64,000 nt of DNA from Fimbriosthenelais zetlandica (GCA_977030845.1 OZ365109.1:54498001-54562000); one strand, 5' to 3'. Numbered from the stretch's first letter, positions 51,101 through 64,000 are shown. A program made the numbers and translations. The notes: generated by a model from the sequence alone, not told the origin.

Positions 51101-51809
51101 CCCCTGGAAACGTCAAACGGTACCGGTATCTAATATTTATGGCCTCATAAAATTGCACAAAGCCATCTAGCCTAGGCCTACCTCGCTGACGCCTGCAAAC
51201 TTTATTGATCATAGACTTACATAGAATCGACAAATAAGGCAGGCATAAAGGCTTTGAGACATAGCATTGGCTGTGTCTGGACTCTTGGTTAAAGTGGACT
51301 TAATTGTGGTTATTACACCTGTATATTATTACCGGTATCTTAACTGTGTACCGGTAGGCCTATAGTACGGTACCGGTATACATAGGTTCTCTCTTTATAG
51401 GCCTAGGCTACCCTAGGAGCTAGGTATCCATATTAAATACCGATTATCGGATACCGGTAATACGGGTAATTGATTACCCGGTAATTACTGTTTGGTCCGA
51501 TATAGGCCTACATAATAATATATATTATGTTTATAAAAGTGCCATTTATAAACTACGGTAAAATCTTTTAAGTCTATCCCATTAGATATTCTTTTTCTAA
51601 AAGCTAGTAGGTAGTACCGGGAGTAGGCCTAGCGGTAGGCCTTCTAGATCTAGATATTTTTCCGTAGGCCTACTATAAAACGTCGTTAGGCCCAACATTC
51701 TTTTTGAATTAACGTTAGTGTGTAGTTTAAGGCATGATTGATATTCCCTTTGCAGTGGTCTGTGTCCACGGTGTAAAAGGCCAGCGATGATAGTAGGCCT
51801 ACCCTCATC

Positions 51810-54800
51810 ATGGCAGGTGACTTTGGTAACTTTGGCCAAGGGTTGGGAAACCTATTTGGATCCATGGTTGGTGGAATGGCCCAGGGACTTGCCACAGCTG
51901 GTAAGTATAATTTGAGCCAAGAATCGTATAGAATTAATAATCAGTATGAGAAGCCGGTATCTGACACGTAGGCTATATGCAAATTCTGAAAGGGTGCAAA
52001 CTCCAATCATACATCCCTATAGAAAAAAGACTGGGGTGCTATGGGGTTTCAATGATTGAAACAATAAGTATATTAGTACCGGGTATATGATATAAATTTA
52101 CTACACAAGTTGGTGTTTTTAATCTCAGGGAGATATTTTAATAAAGTTATAGCCAAACTGTCCTTTCTGATCGATTTCATAACTTTTATACCGGTATGTA
52201 TTAACAATGGTCTGACTCTGACACTGTCTGTAGGTGGTGCAGATGCGCAAAATCCGCTAGCGCAGCTCTTTTCACAAGCCAATGCCCAAGGTAGGCCTAA
52301 TAGTCCCATGAATTATTTGATCAGAAATTCATTTAGTGAAAAGAATTTTTTTCTCTGGACTGCATATTACATATTAGATATTGTATAGGCTACATGTATA
52401 TAATTAATTCCTGATCTTAACTTTTCATTTTCATTTTCTTGGCTGCAGGTTTGAATCAACCATTGTCTAAAGTCGATGTCCCTGCTAAGTCTGGTAAAAT
52501 TCTATACATGCATTGTTATAAATATAAATTATTTATTAATTGTTGTGGCTTATTTTACAAAAAAATAGTTTTTCATCAATTCGTATAAAATAATTGCAAT
52601 TCTACATAATATTACTTCAGAGACCCAAGAGCGGAGAAAGGATTTCAAACCTGAAGGTAAATTATATCTCTTTAGCAGGCTAAATAAATGTATCACATTT
52701 CATAGCTCAATACTACTGTATCTTTTCAAATTGTGAAGAGCTATCATGGCGTTACTGTAATCATAATATAAATGATTTTTACTGATTATTTTCTGCTCTC
52801 TAGAGATCCTTGATGCCGCGAAGTTGAATCGCAGCGCGGTGGCGAAATTTGATTGTTATTCCGAAGAATGCTTGGTGAGAAAATTCTGATATTTTTCTTT
52901 ATTACTGATTGTAAAAATTAATAATAAATTAATGACATCACACTTAATTGGGAACTTACGTTAATCGCCGAAGAAAGTATTTCTGGAACGGGTATTTGAC
53001 ATGTGTTTATTTATTCAAAATACCTTCTTTCACCAGATCTTAGACGAAGGGAAAATGTCGGTGGCAAAGATATCTTTCCGTGGAGATGGAAATGTGAGCG
53101 ACAACTTCATTAGAATATGGAGGACCAGTGCGTTATTGGTGAGCAGTAATATTCTACTACGTCTCTATGTCTCTTTTTTCCTACTCTTTTTTTAAAAAGA
53201 TTTTGCAGGGATACAACGTTCGAAGCAGTTGTCTGATGTCAGGCTTTTTGAAATTTCAGGACTTGTTGATTTTAACCCTCTTTCAAATTAAAGGGCATTC
53301 TCCATAGCTAGGGCTCCAAATCTTTTTCAAAACTCATAAATATTTATAAATCATGACTTGTGTTACCTCGCTAGGATTTTTCCAATACGGAAGTGGTGGA
53401 CTTAAGTGGATGTGTTAACTTGACTGATAAAGGTATAGAATGGCTGGCTGAGCTACTAGATGCCTCCTCCTCCCTCTACAAGGTAAGCTAGACTCCTGAA
53501 TGAGATATTACCAAGTTAAAAATCTGTATGATACAGTGAAATCTCTCCTATGGAAAGCCGCAATGATCGATATTCACACTTTGCGACCATTGGATTATTT
53601 GAACCAATGTTTTAAAAAAACATTAAGATGTACCAGCACACGTACTCAAATATCTCCTTACACCACAGTAAAATCCTGGACATAATTGCATTAATTAGTA
53701 ACTTTATATAAATGAGATGTTGGTTCTTTAGATCTCCATTGATGGCTGTGTAAAGGTGAGCCAGCATGGTGTCTCCATACTACAGTCACTGAGATTAGAT
53801 CCAGAAGTGTCCTACCATGGTACAGCAGCTAGCATACTCTCACAAGGCATGGATAAACACGAACAAATTACAAAATCACATGGACGTGCAACAATCAAAG
53901 GTTGAGATGCAAAATCAATCCATTTTTCATGTTTCATAAATTATAAATACAGTGGACACTAGTTCTGAACCATAAATTATGTGTCTTGAAACATAGAACC
54001 ATACAAATTAATAAATTTATGTAACGTGAAAGGGGGGAAGGTTCAGACTAGGTATGACGCATCGTGTAATGCAGCGTTACGTGATTTTACTCGCTTAAGC
54101 CTCCCATAAGATCCTTTAATTAAGCCTCCCATAATCATTCAATGGTCGCAGTAGTGGGCCCTAACAGTAATATGAGGGTAAACTACCGTCCTGTCTTGAT
54201 AGTATTTTATTATTGTTTTCAGATAATAACAGAATCCATGTAAGTAAGGTTCTTGTCCATCAACCACCTCAGCCCAAGTACAAACTGACTTCATTCTTGA
54301 TGGACAAACAGATGGAGCCTGCCGAGGACCTGACTTTTACACCTGAGTGGAACCTTGCTGGTACTCACTTCACTATCAGTGAATCAGTCATAAATAACGT
54401 GAGTTCATAATGTATTCCGCCTCCCTCTCCTCTGATCATCGATTTATCCCTCCCTCCCTCCCTCCCTTCTTACATGTCCTGTATTCCGTGGTTAATGAAT
54501 TCTTTTCTTCTTTCTTATTCCAATCCCCTTACCATCGTTTTTCTTCATTTTTGATTGTATTATGTTTCCTGGGTGTCATCTAAATTCTGCTTTCTTTCCA
54601 TAGCCTTTGAACAGCGCCCTCCAAAACACCATGGGGTCCCATGTTGTGATACCAGTAGACTTGGATGGTGACAAGGACAAAGAAATCGACCATATTATGA
54701 ATACCATAGAGTATAACACCAGCAAGGTTAGATCTGTTAAGATATCTTCATTTAGCATTGATTTCCTTTTGTAGTTTTTGTATGACCCGGGCTCGGTTTG

Positions 54801-57800
54801 TACCGACAACCTTCCAGACACGGGGCAGACACTGTAACCACTTCACCGCCGTGGTTGTGCTGTTTTCCTTTTGCTGATAGCAATATTATACCAGTAACTG
54901 GCCGTTTCCTTTATTTACTATCATACATTTTCAGGGAATGCCCACCTCAGAACTTGGGTCAAACTTGGACAAGTTGATCTACCCACTCAAGGTCTTGAAC
55001 GGTCTATGGGAAGAGCATACAGGGCGGATAACGTGAGGAAATTGAATTTCTCTTCCTTGAATTTAAAAAAAAAATGTTGATTTTATTAACAGACAGTATA
55101 TTAGTCTTATTATATTGTATGTTAAGCTCTTTTTAATTTTGTTATACCAGGTTTGTCAATCATATAGTGGCCCTGCAAAAAGGCATAGAGCAGATGGGAG
55201 CTCTTGTAGGTGAAAGAAACCTGATCAATGAGGAAGATAGCTACGACCTGACTGCGATACTGCTATCATGGGTTCCCACCAAGACAAGACCCCACCTGGA
55301 GTTTCTTGTTGAGGAAACTTCTAGCAAACAAAAAGTGCCGGTCTCGTTTGCCTTTGGAAATGCTGATTTGGAATCGAGCCGAGTCGTTTCTATGTACGTA
55401 CATGTATACTAATATTCTCAATGTTTTTGGAAATATTTTTTTCAAAATTATCATTTTTCAAATTACAAATTTCATCCATATATATTGCATGCATGTGTCC
55501 TATAAATTATTATCATTCAGGTCGGTAGAAGCATCAAAAGGCGACGTCCTGCGGATTGGCCTTGAGGACCCTGGGTCTATGGACCATATGCATGTCTTGG
55601 ACAATTGTGAGGAAGTCTCTTTGTGGATCAATGGTGAAAAAGTGAGTATACATCGTTTACCCTAATACAGTCTTTAGAAGAGTGATACTAAAATACATGT
55701 ATTACCTTGTTCATATGGTGGATAAAAAGAAAATTAGCAGGGTCAAAATGTATTATATGATTTACTCTTTTTTATTATCATTTGCGACGGCGAATCAGGA
55801 ACTTCTGCTCCTTTTAAAATATTCAAATTTTCAAATAATTTATTTAGTTCGACTCCGCTGTTGCCATGACCTTAGATTGTGTATTCTATGTTTTGATCTA
55901 GGTTGATACTGGCACTGTCTCTGGTAATGACACCGGTCTACATGTCAATGCTGTTAGTGACGTCATCAGCCTGCGTCTACTCGATCATTATCCTCTCTCA
56001 GTATGTGCATTCCATTCCAACCAAATATGCTTTTAATCACTAACTACATCTTTTTATTATTTTTATAAAAAAGATGAATATAACAAAGATGTTAAATATG
56101 CTTCTTCAGGGTTCCAGGGGAAATAGTGAAAAAATGTTCCTTCTTTCCAGTCAGTGAGAAATCAATTAATAAATTTCAGTAAAAGATATTTTATTTCAAA
56201 TTCCCTAATACACGTACTGATGATACTGGAACAAAATTCTGTCAAGTTGTTACATATTGTTTATAATGATATGTCTCTTTTTTTCTGTACAGAAACATGT
56301 TGCGAGGGGTAAATGCATGCCTACTATTGAGATTGCCGCGGATGTAGGTATATTCGATGAGCCAAGCGGAACAATAATGTTAGTTAAAGAAATATATTGA
56401 ATCTCATTGAAGAGTGTTGGTGCCAGTTTTTCCCGGTTTCTGGATTTATCAATAATTCTATTGGTGATATTTTATTTTTCAGAAGTGAAGAACATTCTGT
56501 TCTAGGTATATTCTTTCAACCCATCAGTCGAGATTTCCACGTGCTTGAGTACCAGATCCTCAGCGAGAGTTCAGACGACGTTGAAGATTTTTCCTGCGGC
56601 TTGGTAAATGAAGTAGATCTGGACGAAGTGTCGGGCAATATCAAAGATCCTACCAAATTTGCATTCTTCCCATTAATCGCAAAGTGAGTCCATTTTTGCC
56701 TGCTCACTGATTGCTAATCCTGTTTTCTTTTTCTGACGGGAATTTGTAGAGATGGTCAATAAATTGGTTGAAAATTTAAGAGAATTGGTGGTAATTTAAG
56801 AGAATTATGAGCATAAATTAAGTTGAAGTTAATGCGATTTCTTAAGGTATGCTCTTTGATTTTTCCAGAATCACCGGTCAGGATTTTACCACCCATTCTG
56901 AGCCCACCTGTAAACAATGGGACCGAGTAAAAATCATCGTCCATGTTGGCTCTGATCTGATGATAATGCATCAAAAGAAGTACAAAATCGAAGTCTTCAA
57001 AAACGACAACTTGGTATGCCTAATTTTACTTTAAATCTCGTATAGAGTTACTCAAACGGAATATAAGTAACTGCATTGGCTTGTTTTACCTATTGGGAGA
57101 CTGACATGACTAGACAAATGATTACGCGCAATGTGAAAAAAATCTTTTCTTTTACTCTACCATTTTTAAAGATAGTATCTGGCTCCTGTGAACGAAACCT
57201 TAATACGAATGACCTAGAAGAAGATTTGGGACTGCATGCTCCATATTTCTACATTGAGATTCCGGGCCATACTAAGATTCAGTTGCTGAATATGGGGCCC
57301 TCGCCAGGCTATATCCAAAAGGTAAGTAAGTTTAGCATCTCTTTATACATTGTACTTAACTATTTACTTCAAAGTGAGTGGATAAATTATGTATGAGCAT
57401 TTTTTTTATTGCAGTCACATGTATCGTCAGTCTTGCCCAATACCTGCTTTCTGCGCCCACTTGGTGAATGTCGGGAACTTCAGAGCAGTGAAAATGTTAT
57501 CTGGTAAACCATGTTTCTTATGTACCTGTATAAAAACTCACATGCATCAACTCCTGTACATAACAAAAACAAATTAAAAAGTGCAAATTTATGCGTCTGG
57601 GTTATGGAACCTTGAACTAAATGGAACCCCAATTCAGCTCCTGTTCAGGTCATATGTGATCCTTGTATTTAAACCCAAAAATATTCTTGCATTTAACCTA
57701 AAACGTCTGTCTTAATATCGTTTCACAGGCTAAGGGATGGTGATCCATTCATTGGAGAAGCATCATTGTCAGTCATACACCCTAGTGTTACGTTTTCCAT

Positions 57801-60449
57801 CATATCGTTCACGAAGGATGCCAACCTCTCTTTTGGTCTTTCACCGTCAAATTTTGGTGGTGATTATGAACAAATGTAAGTGAATATGAAATTTTGCTTC
57901 TCAGTGAACACGAAATTCTGTCAATCCTGTCCCAGGACAGTTTTCTCTGATAATGGCGTGCCTTGTGTCAGACCTATGGCTTGTTTCTTTTTCTGTGAAG
58001 TGTAACCGAATTCAAGGAAGGCGATTCATTTGAGTGTATTTTGGACACCAGTGGTCTGAAATGTGATTGGTATGGCGTCCCTGTTCTCGATCAAGATATT
58101 AAAGTCATCTTCAAACAAAACAATGAAGTGGTAAGTATCGCTTAAGCATGTACCAGTTCACATGAAACGAGTGTCCTATTCCGCCCCCACTATTCTTCAT
58201 CATTCTTTGCGGAAAATACGGCCCCATCAGTTCTTACATGGATTTCAGACTTTAGCCAATTGTTACAGATTTCTAGGGGTTGTGCACTAGATATATAACG
58301 ATGTGGACCAGCGTTCTCCACCAAGTGATGGAGACAGATAACAGAATCATGGTTGGACGAAAGGGGTAAATTCTTTCTGATTTTTGACAGGTGAATGAGT
58401 GTTTGGACTACTACAAGGGTGGCGGTCTGTCACCGTACATAAGGGGCTGTAACATGGAATTACGTCTACATGAAATGAACACAGATGAAGCTCAAAGAAT
58501 TCTCTCGCAGGTAATGCCATTCTTCACCAAGTAAATATCAAGTAAATCGTAGCTATAAACTTTAATCCAATGGCCGCGATGTTTTTTTTTAAATCACGCC
58601 AGGAAGCGACGTTTTATGCGTTGCTGACAAATCAGAGGTCAAAAATCCCTTCTTGCTAGGTCTGCTTTGTACAAATGCTTAGCGCAAACGTCTAACAAGT
58701 CTCGTATAAGTTGTTTAAAACATGGTGCTCTCCATGATATTCTTATTCCGGGGAAAATCGTCAAATTTAGCATTTGAGTAATCTTTACGTCTGAATTTTT
58801 TGTTTCTGAGAAATCAGGTATTTAAGATCAGAACTACCTCGGGAAATAACTTACCTGGTGTATCATATCCTTTTAACCATTTCCTTCTTCAGTCCATTTC
58901 CACAAAGAAAAGGTACATTGTGGCTGGCATGACTACCAGTAAGAAAAAGAAGGACTGTAAGAAGATTCTACAGGAGGTGAAGACAGATCTAATATCCCGC
59001 CTAGAGAACCACCTGGAGGAGTCCAAAGCCATCATAGATGATGCTCAAACCCATGTGGAGAAGAGGTGGGTTCTTCATATTGAAATATTTATATTTTCAC
59101 TCTGTTCGACACAAAACGATCCAGTAGTTTTAAAAGGTTATTGTTATACTCTTCACACTTATATTTCTGATACATGTAAACCCTTTTTGGTTTGGAATAG
59201 GACAACAGCAACCAAATGAGCCATGTGGCCCATTGCACAACTGTCGCCCGGCCATTGAAATTACAAAGCTGACAGTTGAATCTCTAATTAATTAGGATAT
59301 CTGTACATATTTGGATTCTTCTATAATTATTAAGCTTTTCCGGAGGTGTTGTAGCAGCCCAGCTTGAGGTTTACCGACGAAATCTGCAGCTGTTAGTGAC
59401 GAACCTCCCCTCATCATGGGCCTTCATTCCCATCAACCTAACCACAAATGAGGTAAGTTATCTGCCCTTAAATTGGTCAAGATTTCCTATATCTTCTACT
59501 TTTCTACTTATTTTTTTTACGTATAAAATCAAAATTGTAAATCTTGGATTGATTTGAAAATAGGTGAAAGGCGACTTTGTAAGCTCTTTCTAACTGTAAG
59601 TCTCTCTGTCTGCCTCTCTAATTGTCTGTCTGCCTGTCTCTTTCTCATCATCTCTGACCTCTCCCTCATAATCTCTATCTACCTCTGTCAGACATCTCTG
59701 TGCCTCCCTCTGCATCTTTCCCTCTCCCCTCTATCTGCCTCTCGAACATCTGTGCCTCTGTCTACCTCTCCCCTCTCTCTCCCTCTGTCTTTCGTTCCCC
59801 ATGCACGATCTCAAAGAAAAGATGTACTGTGATAATCACTGCATTAATATTGCTATGAGGTAATCTAAAATAGACTTACTCCTCTGTCATTTAGGGACAC
59901 GGTAAGCTCTGCTCCACGCTACATCTCAACCAGAATCAAAGTCTGGCCTTCGGAGACGGTTCTGGCTCCTCTCAACTTGTCTCTGATATCTTGAAGAAAC
60001 TCCAGGAAAAGGAAAGCAAAGAAAAGTTACCTAAAATACTCTCCAGATCCAATTACCGCGATTTCCTGGACGTCAATGAAGGTCAACTTGCTGCTGCTCT
60101 CAAGCTCATTTCCTACTGGGTAAATAGTCACTTTTGGTTAGAATGCATTTGAAGAATACAATATCCGAAATATTTGGGACGAGAGAAAGGCGATAGGCTT
60201 AGACTTTTCCCTGTGGACAATTGAAAATTGTATTTTATTTGGCAGGGGCTGGTCTTATTTGTGCCAGACATGGACCCGTGGGTTGCCATATTAGATGTGC
60301 CTTGGTTCGTCAACATGCTGAAAAAGCTGGAGAAAGTTCCCGACTCCCGAGCAGGACTCAATGTGAGGGGACTGGCGCCTGACACTCCCGTGTGGTCGGA
60401 CAAAGAACTGGGAAAATTATGTGCTGAAAATTCCATGGAACAGACCAAG
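51810..60449 (+). CDS. Large ROCO-like protein: Cys-type LRRs, degenerate Roc-like GTPase fold interrupted by SPRY-like modules, start of a COR-like domain (5' partial, 1091 aa seen; continues beyond the last exon found)
   Basis: 26 exons splice in frame (3273 nt, no stop). LRR: EVVDLSGCVNLTDKGIEWLAE and KISIDGCVKVSQHGV. Roc-like: KVLVH..., EWNLAGTHF, HVVIPVDL, RYIVAGMT and FIPINLTTNEGHGKL. COR-like: LAAALKLISYWGLVLFV and VAILDVPWFVNMLKKL. The gene model is solid; the domain identity rests on by-eye similarity. Confidence 0.65.
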
Positions 60450-60509
60450 GTAGGAGTACTGTCATACCTTACTACTGGAGAGCCTCACATAGTACCTAAT
60501 TACATTGTT

Positions 60510-61331
60510 TTTGTATGACAGACTGGCAACAGAGAGGTTATTGGGTTTTTAATAAATTTTATTAAATGAATAAAGATTGATAAGGTAGCACCAGTGGCAA
60601 CTACCCTAAATGTATGAGAATGGAGTTTTAAACATATTTGTGAAACGTAAGTTTAACATAGTTTGGAAAATGAAATCGAACAATAAAGGTAAGTTTTAAA
60701 GTTACACATCGAGATGTAAAACGTTTAACATGAAATGTTATAGAATTGACCTTACAGTGGTAGAGCTATATGGGATGACCTGGAAAAGGCGAGGAGGATG
60801 CGAGATGGGAAGATTAGGAAGAGGAGAAAAGAAAATGGGGAGGGTTGGGTGGGAAAGAAAATTGATGTGTGTCGGAGCCTGAGCGAGATAGGTGTTGACC
60901 CTGTGGTGGTCAGTTGTGAAAGAGGTGGAGTATAGAGGTGCTCTCTAGGAGGAACCGGAAGAGGAGGTACCGGAAGGAGAGGATGGGAAAGGCAAAGATG
61001 ATGGTTGCGTCTTCATACAAATTTCATCTCGCGGGCTAGAGATGAGAGCTTTGTATGACAGACTGGCAACAGAGAGGTTATTGGGTTTTTAATAAATTTT
61101 ATTAAATGAATAAAGATTGATAAGGTAGCACCAGTGGCAACTACCCTAAATGTATGAGAATGGAGTTTTAAACATATTTGTGAAACGTAAGTTTAACATA
61201 GTTTGGAAAATGAAATCGAACAATAAAGGTAAGTTTTAAAGTTACACATCGAGATGTAAAACGTTTAACATGAAATGTTATAGAATTGACCTTACAGTGG
61301 TAGAGCTATATGGGATGACCTGGAAAAGGCG
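60510..61331. repeat. Apparently identical ~282-bp direct repeats (60510-60791 and 61050-61331) around a purine-rich ~260-bp spacer
   Basis: TTGTATGACAGACTGGCAACAGAGAGG...GACCTGGAAAAGGCG occurs twice with a 540-bp offset. Confidence 0.95.
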
Positions 61332-61385
61332 CCATAACGAGGCCCTGTTAACAGGACGAGTGTCAGCCCATAGAGAGAAAACACA

Positions 61386-63460
61386 GGCCTAGTCAGCACA
61401 CGCTGATCCTAGGTGATGAGATTGTCACAGATTATATGAACACTGATGTGGGAGGCCTAGTCAGCACACGCTGATCCTAGGTGATGAGATTGTCACAGAT
61501 TATATGAACACTGATGTGGGAGGCCTAGTCAGCACACGCTGATCCTAGGTGATGAGATTGTCACAGATTTATATGAGCACTGATGTGGGAAGCCTAGTCA
61601 GCACACGCTGATCCTAGGTGATGAGATTGTCACTGATATATATGAGCACTGATGTGGGAGGCCTAGTCAGCACACGCTGATGCTAGGTGAAGAGATTGTC
61701 ACAGATTTATATGAGCACTGATGTGGGAAGCCTAGTCAGCACACGCTGATCCTAGGTGATGAGATTGTCACAGATTTATATGAGCACTGATGTGGGAAGC
61801 CTAGTCAGCACACGCTGATCCTAGGTGATGAGATTGTCACAGATTTATATGAACAGTGATGTGGGAAGCCTAATCAGCACACGCTGATCCTAGGTGATGA
61901 GATTGTCACAGATTTATATGAGCACTGATGTGGGAAGCCTAGTCAGCACACGCTGATACTAGGTGATGAGATTGTCATTGATATATATGAGCACTGATGT
62001 GGGAGGCCTAGTCAGCAGACGCTGATCCTAGGTGAAGAGATTGTCACAGATTATATGAACAGTGATGTGGGAAGCCTAGTCAGCACACGCTGATCCTAGG
62101 TGATGAGATTGTCACTGATATATATGAGCACTGATGTGGGAGGCCTAGTCAGCACACGCTGATCCTAGGTGATGAGATTGTCACAGATTATATGAACACT
62201 GATGTGGGAGGCCTATTCAGCACACGCTGATCCTAGGTGATGAGATTGTCACTGATATATATGAGCACTGATGTGGGAAGCCTAGTCAGCACCCGCTGGT
62301 CGTAGGTGATGAGATTGTCACTGATATATATGAACACTGATGTGGGAAGCCTAGTCAGCACACGCTGATCCTAGGTGATGAGATTGTCACTGATATATAT
62401 GAGCACTGATGTGGGAGGCCTAGTCAGCACCCACTGGTCGTAGGTGATGAGATTGTCACTGATATATATGAGCACTGATGTGGGAAGCCTAGTCAGCACA
62501 CGCTGATCCTAGGTGATGAGATTGTCACTGATATATATGAGCACTGATGTGGGAAGCCTAGTCAGCACACGCTGATCCTAGGTGAAGAGATTGTCACTGA
62601 TATATATGAGCACTGATGTGGGAAGCCTAGTCAGCACACGCTGATCCTAGGTGATTAGATTGTCACTGATATATATATGAGCACTGATGTGGGAGGCCTA
62701 GTCAGCACACGCTGATCCTAGGTGAAGAGATTGTCACTGATATATATGAGCACTGATGTGGGAAGCCTAGTCAGCACCCGCTGGTCGTAGGTGATGAGAT
62801 TGTCACTGATATATATGAGCACTGATGTGGGAGGCGCTGATCCTAGGTGAAGAGATTGTCACAGATTATATGAGCACTGATGTGGGAAGCCTAGTCAGCA
62901 CCCGCTGGTCGTAGGTGATGAGATTATCACTGATATATATGAGCACTGATGTGGGAAGCCTAGTCAGCACACGCTGATCCTAGGTGATGACATTGTCACT
63001 GATATATATATGAGCACTGATGTGGGAGGCCTAGTCAGCACACGCTGATCCTAGGTGATGAGATTGTCACTGATATATATGAACACTGATGTGGGAGGCG
63101 CTGATCCTAGGTGAAGAGATTGTCACAGATTATATGAGCACTGATGTGGGAAGCCTAGTCAGCACACGCTGATCCTAGGTGATGAGATTGTCACTGATAT
63201 ATATGAGCACTGATGTGGGAAGCCTAGTCAGCACCCGCTGGTCGTAGGTGATGAGATTGTCACTGATATATATGAGCACTGATGTGGGAAGCCTAGTCAG
63301 CACACGCTGATCCTAGGTGATGAGATTGACATTGTTTTATATGCACACTGATGTGGGAGGCCTAGTCAGCACCCGCTGATCCTAGGTGATGAGATTGTCA
63401 TTGTTTTATATGAACACTGATGTAGAAGGCCTAGTCAGCACACGCTGATCCTAGGTGATG
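61386..63460. repeat. ~62-66-bp minisatellite, roughly 33 copies
   Basis: Unit GGCCTAGTCAGCACACGCTGATCCTAGGTGATGAGATTGTCACTGATATATATGAGCACTGATGTGGGA, with recurrent variants (ATAT number, CCGCTGGTCGTAGG, and a 14-bp deletion form). Confidence 0.98.
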
Positions 63461-63547
63461 ATAGTGTTATGAATTTTTTGCACAGATTTTTTGATGAGTA
63501 TGGTCATTGTTGATTCGTTGTCGGATTGCAAGCAGAAAACAATAGAA

Positions 63548-64000
63548 ATCGAAGCATTGTGGATATATTGGATAGAAAGGGATTATGACACTGCGAGCAG
63601 AGTACCTTTCGTATAGATGTAAGTGAATTATTCAGACCTGGAGAGGGATTATGACACTGCAAGCAGAGAACCTTCCAATAGTTATCGAAGCATTGTGGAT
63701 ATATTGGATAGAAAGGGATTATGACACTGCGAGCAGAGTACCTTTCGAATAAATGTAAGTGAATTATTTAGACCTGGAGAGGGATTATGACACTGCAAGC
63801 AGAGAACCTTCCAATAGTTAATCGAAGCATTGTGGATATATTGGATAGAAAGGGATTATGACACTGCGAGCAGAGTACCTTTCGTATAGATGTAAGTGAA
63901 TTATTCAGACCTGGAGAGGGATTATGACACTGCAAGCAGAGAACCTTCCAATAGTTAATCGAAGCATTGTGGATATATTGTATAGAAAGGGATTATGACA
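63548..64000. repeat. 136-137-bp satellite running off the right edge
   Basis: ATCGAAGCATTGTGGATATATTG starts at 63548, 63684, 63821 and 63958. Each unit holds two AGGGATTATGACACTGCRAGCAGAG subunits. Confidence 0.95.

Noticed and set aside
58866-58880. TCCTTTTAAC resembling a U12 branch point in the ROCO-like gene
   Set aside because: The matching donor (GTAATG at 58511) is a normal U2 type.
59554-59832. 92-aa L/S-rich ORF
   Set aside because: Translation of an intronic CT-rich low-complexity tract.
61386-63460. Regularly spaced palindromic repeats resembling a CRISPR array
   Set aside because: The sequence between the conserved parts is itself repeated, not unique spacers. The context is a eukaryotic intron with no cas genes.

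Overview
AT-rich, intron-containing animal genomic DNA. An invertebrate deuterostome such as an echinoderm is my guess from gene content and TAGGCCTA enrichment; this is inference only. Splicing the ORF fragments by hand gives eight protein-coding genes. In order: a divergent PRD-type homeobox gene (-, runs off the left edge); a chondroitin synthase/CHPF-like glycosyltransferase with both DxD motifs lost (+); then, after a ~14 kb gene-free interval rich in nuclear-receptor half-sites, a signal peptide + PX-like + class I SAM-methyltransferase gene (-); Aladin/AAAS (-) head-to-head with BBS4 (+); UHMK1/KIS kinase with a ~100-aa kinase insert (+); TFIIB/GTF2B (+); and a large LRR-Roc-like-COR-like gene whose Roc fold is split by ~525 aa of SPRY-like modules (+, runs into an intron filled with tandem repeats at the right edge). 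The most novel-looking items are the signal-peptide/PX-like methyltransferase and the SPRY-interrupted ROCO-like pseudo-GTPase. Domain calls come from motif recognition by eye, not database searches.
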